From NCBI GenBank assembly GCA_040005235.1, contig JBDTZG010000112.1, positions 1 to 10,468 of the forward strand: a stretch of DNA of 10,468 nt, in the 5' to 3' direction. How positions within the stretch are numbered: position 1 is the stretch's first letter; every line of letters starts with the position of its first letter. A program made the translations under genes and the position numbers. The notes under the pieces were generated by a model. It ran no database searches, was not told the origin of the DNA, and was given only the letters and a program-made list of their open reading frames with translations. Positions 6,145-10,468 of this stretch are shown in pieces. Source of the DNA: Acidobacteriota bacterium (GTDB lineage: Bacteria > Acidobacteriota > Thermoanaerobaculia > Multivoradales > UBA5704).

Positions 6145-8148
6145 TTATTCCAATATTGACACAGGGGACTGTTCGTCAAGGGCGGCACGAAGCTCAGTTA
6201 AGATTTCCGCAGAAAGATTTACCGCTTGAATTTTCCGCCGGTAAATGCTGTCCTTAATTCGCTGTTTCAGGTTCTGTCTCAGCTTCCCTGGATCGAACCG
6301 AAAACCTAGCAGAGTAAAAGTGAAGGTCAGTGCGATACCGATCACCCAAACTTCCGGCTCCAGCAGGGACCATTTCTCAGTAACAAATCGAACACAGCTT
6401 GGCAGTGCTAGACCTTCTAACAATAGGATAAGAGCCAGAAAGGAGCCCATTAGCCAGCCCGACATCCGGTTCGCTTCCCGCTCAACTCGAGCCTTGGATG
6501 ATTCAATTCGTGATATGGCCATTGCATTTATGGCCTCGTTAAGCCTACCGAGTCGATCTTCAAGGACATGAACCTGGCTAATGTCAGCCGGAATTACTGC
6601 GAGTGCCTCCGAGGCTGGCACCTCTCGCCGAAAAGTCTCGAGGTTATCGAGAATCTTTTCGCTAAGTTCATTGCCGTCCTCCGGATCAACCGACTTAAAA
6701 ATATCTTGAAGATGGCGATCGAGAAGGAGTATCGATACCTCTTTTTCTTTAATTGAACCTTCTCTCCTCAACTGGTCTAGAGTTTCACGAAAACGGACCC
6801 AGAGCTGCTGATCTATTATGTCACTACGCGAATGAAGCGAAATTAATGACACAAGCGAAATCCTGGCAGATAGCGTTGGATTTTTCAGCCACAGCAGCGT
6901 AGTTAGAAGGCGATCAGGGATTACCTCAGCGATAGTGCCGAGGTCCTTATGGTCCTGTTCAATGTAATTGAAGGATGAGAGCTTTAGGTCTGAGGTTAGG
7001 AGCATGGCTTCGCACGCTTCAATTCGGCGAGGCCTCTTCCCTCTCAATTTTCTGACAGTCTCGATGGCGGCTAGGTCGTGACTCCGCTCCTTCGCGCCCT
7101 GATCAGGCTTATACCGTCGCAATGACTCGCCGAGCTTCTTGTCCGTAGGCTCAAAGTTTCTCAAGGAGATATCCGTGAGGAATGTGGAGACGTTTATCTC
7201 TGCGAGGCGCTTCTCGATGTTGGCGATGAAATCGAGAACATTGGCAGGCGTCCAGCCCTTCGCCTTGAGGCTTGAAAAGATAGAGCCTACCCGAAAATAT
7301 TTTAAATATTGATGCTGCTCTCGTTGGTAGTTGCGCAGGAGATTGGTGATCTCCGCGATTGTGAAGTCGAATACCTGGAAATCAAAGACTCCTTCGTCTT
7401 GCATGAGGGAAAAAAGCTCGAGCGCGGGACGGTTCTCTTCGTCATGGCGCAGTCCCAGTACGCCGAGCAGGAAATTGGAGTCCAGGAAGACAAGTGTCTT
7501 TCCAAACATCTTGTTTGATTCTTCCAGGAGATTGCTGTGCACCACAAGGGAGAGGACACTCCCGCAGATCACGTCGTGTAGCGTTTGGAAAATTGCCGGC
7601 TTTTCTCTCTCTACGTGGAGACAGTAGTCGAAGAGTGCTGAATCAACAATATGTGAAGTGCCGGGTCGCTCGATCTTACCCGGATCGTATTCGGCGCCAA
7701 CTAAAAGAAAGGCTTCGAGGCCTGTCAGGTTTCTTTCTATAAATTCAGTTAGATAGGCTTGAGCTGTTCCGCTCGAGACTTCGCTTCGGGTGCTAGTAGA
7801 CAGGAATGTGGCGGCATCGGCTATCAATTCGTGCAAGCGCCGTTCAGTAGCTCGCTCCGGCTCCAAATTGGAACTGTAGATCTTACCTGCCGGATTTAGA
7901 GTGACAACCGTGGCGCCTTTAGTGAGTTCGCACAGGCCGCGCTGAGATGCACGGCGCAAAATAATTACCAACGAGTGGACAGGTACTGAGAAGGAGTAGT
8001 GCGATTGGATCTTCTCCTGGAGGACCTGCAGTGACAAAACTCCCTCAGCAGGAATAGAGCGAACCACCAACGGGATAAATGCATCGATGTAGTCTTTCTG
8101 CTCGTCATGAAACGACTTGATCAAGGAATAGGCGTATAATGCACTCAT
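6145..8148 (-). CDS. Hypothetical ~667-aa protein: putative N-terminal winged helix, central PIN-like nuclease domain, helical/coiled region, two C-terminal TM helices
   Basis: Long low-GC ORF (track 6145..8241). Start reassigned to ATG 8148, downstream of a predicted promoter. PIN-like acidic motifs VFLDSN (D223), TIAEI (E266), SHDLAA (D358), LLTSD (D387). Hydrophobic segments WLMGSFLALILLLEGLAL and VWVIGIALTFTFTLLGF. Confidence 0.75.
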   Translation of the reverse strand: MSALYAYSLIKSFHDEQKDYIDAFIPLVVRSIPAEGVLSLQVLQEKIQSHYSFSVPVHSLVIILRRASQRGLCELTKGATVVTLNPAGKIYSSNLEPERATERRLHELIADAATFLSTSTRSEVSSGTAQAYLTEFIERNLTGLEAFLLVGAEYDPGKIERPGTSHIVDSALFDYCLHVEREKPAIFQTLHDVICGSVLSLVVHSNLLEESNKMFGKTLVFLDSNFLLGVLGLRHDEENRPALELFSLMQDEGVFDFQVFDFTIAEITNLLRNYQREQHQYLKYFRVGSIFSSLKAKGWTPANVLDFIANIEKRLAEINVSTFLTDISLRNFEPTDKKLGESLRRYKPDQGAKERSHDLAAIETVRKLRGKRPRRIEACEAMLLTSDLKLSSFNYIEQDHKDLGTIAEVIPDRLLTTLLWLKNPTLSARISLVSLISLHSRSDIIDQQLWVRFRETLDQLRREGSIKEKEVSILLLDRHLQDIFKSVDPEDGNELSEKILDNLETFRREVPASEALAVIPADISQVHVLEDRLGRLNEAINAMAISRIESSKARVEREANRMSGWLMGSFLALILLLEGLALPSCVRFVTEKWSLLEPEVWVIGIALTFTFTLLGFRFDPGKLRQNLKQRIKDSIYRRKIQAVNLSAEILTELRAALDEQSPVSILE

Positions 8149-8185
8149 AGCCCTCGCCGCCTGCGAAGAAATTAGATATGACAGT

Positions 8186-8214
8186 ATCCTATACCCTGGC
8201 GAACAAGGCCGCAA
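8186..8214 (-). promoter_or_regulatory. Putative sigma70 promoter of the islet cargo gene
   Basis: Minus strand TTGCGG (8214-8209), 17-nt spacer, TAGGAT (8191-8186), about 40 nt before ATG 8148. Confidence 0.5.
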
Positions 8215-8325
8215 GCATACAGTGACAGACAATAGCGACAAACGGGGAGTCCTGGGCGTAGCCCAACCCCCTAAGCTTCTGGGCGAACAGAGCCACCCAG
8301 CTCCATCTAATCGAAGCGGTCTACC

Positions 8326-8463
8326 TCAAGCCCCGTAGGCCAACCGGTCGGCCAGGCTGCTCGGTAACCCCGCTTCGCGGATGCGTTCCTGGGCTCGGGC
8401 GATCGGGTAGGTCACCCGGTGCCAGCGGAGGACGCGGCGTTCGCTGTCGTAGGTCATGAAGGA
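8326..8463 (-). repeat. Direct repeat copy 2: functional 3' end of the metallophosphoesterase gene
   Basis: Partner of 5836-5973 (offset 2,490 bp). Confidence 0.97.
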
Positions 8464-9063
8464 CGCCCGGGGGTCGCGGTCTCGGGGCTGGCCGATCGAG
8501 CCGGGGTTGATTAGGTACCGTGTCGTCGGATCGAGCTCTAAGCGACCGGTGCCTTTGAGCGCCCTCACCCCGATTCCTGAACGGTCGTAGGTGAAGATCG
8601 AGGGGATGTGGGTGTGGCCGAAGAAAGTGATCGGCGAGGGAAAGCTGGTGAAGATCTCCCAGGCGTCGAGGTCGGAAAAGACGTAGGTATCCTCGTCGAG
8701 CGGCGAGCCGTGGCAGATCGAAACCCCTTCGGCGACTTCGATCGGCCCCTGGGGCAGATCGCGGATGTAGCGCAGGTTGGCCGGGGTGAGGCGGCGGTTG
8801 GTCCACATCGCCGCCTGGAGCGCGTTGGCGTTGAACTGACCGCCGGAGTCGATGCCGGCCACCACTTTGTCGTGGTTGCCCCGCACGATCCGGATCTTGC
8901 CGAGATCGCGCACAGCCTCCACGACCTGGTTCGGCGCGGCGCCATACCCCACCAGATCGCCCAGGACCAAGATCACGTCTGCACGTTTACGGCGAGCGCG
9001 GCGCAGGACGGCCTCGAAGGCCTCCCAGTTGCCGTGCATGTCGGACAGAATCAGGTAGCGCAC
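8326..9063 (-). CDS. Calcineurin-like metallophosphoesterase (YfcE/MJ0936-like)
   Basis: Motifs SDMHGN, LGDLVGYG, RGNHD, HGSP, FGHTH and NPGSIGQPRD. Start reassigned to GTG 9063 (GAAAGG upstream), giving 245 aa. Confidence 0.92.
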   Translation of the reverse strand: MRYLILSDMHGNWEAFEAVLRRARRKRADVILVLGDLVGYGAAPNQVVEAVRDLGKIRIVRGNHDKVVAGIDSGGQFNANALQAAMWTNRRLTPANLRYIRDLPQGPIEVAEGVSICHGSPLDEDTYVFSDLDAWEIFTSFPSPITFFGHTHIPSIFTYDRSGIGVRALKGTGRLELDPTTRYLINPGSIGQPRDRDPRASFMTYDSERRVLRWHRVTYPIARAQERIREAGLPSSLADRLAYGA

Positions 9064-9174
9064 GTCCGGCCTTTCATTTTTGCGATGCCACATCCTAAGG
9101 CTTTGGTTCGACGTTTGGCGCGCGAGGGTCAGCTTTTGCGCCGGACTCGGAAATATTTGAGCGAGGCAATAAGA

Positions 9175-9675
9175 TCAGTGGGGTAAGCGCAGCAAGATAC
9201 GCGCCGCGATTTCTTCCGGGGTCTCCTCGGGGCCCACTTCGACGATGACGTCGGCGGATTGATAGGCCGGCAGGCGCTCTCGATAGAGCGCGAGGGCCTG
9301 CGTTTCGTCGCGGAACAGGGGCCGATCGACCTTGCCTTCAAAGCCGATCCGCGCGGCGAGCGTCGCGAAGCTCGGATGGAGCCAGACCGTAAGGCCGTTC
9401 TTTTTCATCAGATCGGCGTTGCCCGGCGAGGCTATCGTGCCGCCTCCGGTGGCGATCACCGCGGAGTTTGCCGACGCTGCACGCTCCAGCGCCTCCCTTT
9501 CCCATTGGCGAAATGCGGCCTCTCCTCGTTGTAGGAAGATTTCGCGCACCGACTGACCCGCCCCTTCTTCGATCGCCAGGTCGAGATCGAGAAAGGGAAC
9601 GGCCAGGCGTTCGGCGAGCAGCCGGCCGACGGTGGTCTTGCCTGCCCCCATGAAGCCGACCAGGAAAACGTTCAA
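9175..9675 (-). CDS. aroK: Shikimate kinase
   Basis: GFMGAGKTTVG P-loop, DLD, GEAAFR, VIATGGG, RPL and RLPAY motifs. Start reassigned to TTG 9675, which overlaps the thiE stop (TTGA), with GGAGG at 9684-9680; 166 aa. Confidence 0.93.
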   Translation of the reverse strand: MNVFLVGFMGAGKTTVGRLLAERLAVPFLDLDLAIEEGAGQSVREIFLQRGEAAFRQWEREALERAASANSAVIATGGGTIASPGNADLMKKNGLTVWLHPSFATLAARIGFEGKVDRPLFRDETQALALYRERLPAYQSADVIVEVGPEETPEEIAARILLRLPH

Positions 9676-10340
9676 GCGGCCTCCGCGGCGGCGAGCAGCG
9701 CGGCGGCGTTGCGGCCGACGGCCCGGGAGTCTCCGCCGCGGCAAATTGCTCCGAGCACGACGGCAGAATCCGCACCCGCGGCGAGAACCCGAGTGACATT
9801 TTCTGTCGTAATGCCACCGATCGCGACCCAAGGTTTGGCGGTCAGACGGCGACCCTCCGCCACCAGCGCCAGGCCGACCGTGGGGCCGGCGCGTTCCTTG
9901 CTCGCGGTTTCGAAGACCGGACCGACCGCGATGAGATCGACATCCGGGTCCCGATCCGCGGCGGCGACCTGGGCGACATCATGGGTCGAAAGACCGATCG
10001 CGAGCCGATCGCCGATCGTCCGACGCGCCGCTTGGGGTGGCAGATCGGTCTGCCCAAGATGGAGCCCCACAATCGGCGAGAGCGGAAAGAGGGCCGCGAG
10101 ATCGGCGCGATCGTCGATCCAGAGGTGGGCCGGGGTGCCTTCCACCCGGCGGCAGGCGGATTCGATTTCGCGGTAGAGAAAGAGGTCCGAGAGGGGTCCG
10201 GAGGGCTTGGCGCGCAGCTGAATCCAGCGGACTCCGGCCTCGGCGATCGCCGCGACCCCCTCGGCGAGGGGGAGCGGTGCGAGCGCCTGGGCGTCGGCGA
10301 TGGCGTAGATCCGGGGCGGCACGGGCCGCTCCCGGATCAT
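9672..10340 (-). CDS. thiE: Thiamine-phosphate synthase
   Basis: 222 aa. Motifs [36 protein letters not shown] and VAIGGI. ATG overlaps the upstream stop (ATGA). Confidence 0.88.
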   Translation of the reverse strand: MIRERPVPPRIYAIADAQALAPLPLAEGVAAIAEAGVRWIQLRAKPSGPLSDLFLYREIESACRRVEGTPAHLWIDDRADLAALFPLSPIVGLHLGQTDLPPQAARRTIGDRLAIGLSTHDVAQVAAADRDPDVDLIAVGPVFETASKERAGPTVGLALVAEGRRLTAKPWVAIGGITTENVTRVLAAGADSAVVLGAICRGGDSRAVGRNAAALLAAAEAA

Positions 10341-10468
10341 TTCGAGCCCGGTTCCGTCGCCGACTGGCGGGAGAGGAAACGTTCCATGAACCGGGTGGAG
10401 AGCCGTCCGGCCTGGAACTCCGGATCGCGCATGATCCGGCGATGGAGCGGAATCGAGGTGTGAATCCC
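10337..10468 (-). CDS. accC: 3' end of a biotin carboxylase (acetyl-CoA carboxylase subunit), truncated by the window edge
   Basis: Hand translation [43 protein letters not shown] matches the biotin carboxylase C-terminal pattern GI.T.IPLH..I..DP.F..G...T.F. Confidence 0.8.
   Translation of the reverse strand, partial: GIHTSIPLHRRIMRDPEFQAGRLSTRFMERFLSRQSATEPGSK

Larger units (their letters stand above)
5836..8463 (-). mobile_element. Direct-repeat-bounded genomic islet (2,490-bp period) at the 3' end of the metallophosphoesterase gene; no integrase inside
   Basis: Flanking gene-end duplication, a single cargo gene, and GC of 45-55% in sampled 60-mers versus about 63-77% in sampled flanking coding lines. 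Confidence 0.7.

Noticed and set aside
8149-8241. Track start (TTG 8241) of the 698-aa ORF
   Set aside because: The extension overlaps the predicted -35/-10 promoter, so ATG 8148 is more plausible.
8261-8267. GTTGGGC (GTTRRRY) on the minus strand upstream of the cargo gene as an integron attC/attI core
   Set aside because: No complementary RYYYAAC box at a suitable distance, no attC-like hairpin after the gene, and no integron integrase.
5836-8463. Repeat pair as a diversity-generating retroelement TR/VR
   Set aside because: The mismatches are not confined to adenines of one copy, are all synonymous, and there is no reverse transcriptase in the window.
9676-9831. 52-aa Arg-rich N-terminal extension of shikimate kinase
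   Set aside because: It overlaps thiE in another frame. TTG 9675 with GGAGG gives a standard-length AroK.

Overview
High-GC bacterial chromosomal segment; an Acidobacteriota-like origin is a guess from gene order and protein style. Two housekeeping blocks converge on a small accessory hotspot. Left (+ strand): a complete ccmABCDEF cytochrome c maturation operon of the System I* variant (CcmE has CxxxY instead of HxxxY; no ccmG/ccmH follows), including a 41-aa ccmD missed by the ORF track. Right (- strand): accC (3' end), thiE, aroK and a YfcE-like metallophosphoesterase. Between them are a VapB30/VapC30-like toxin-antitoxin pair and a lower-GC gene for a ~667-aa protein (putative wHTH, PIN-like nuclease motifs, two C-terminal TM helices). 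This gene is bracketed by a 138-bp direct repeat of the last 45 codons plus stop of the metallophosphoesterase (116 bp perfectly identical; all differences synonymous). The result is a 2,490-bp integrase-less islet that could be excised or amplified without changing the host protein, and it is a candidate novel anti-phage system. The first 250 bp hold a cluster of hairpins/REP-like palindromes and a probable leaderless promoter for ccmA.
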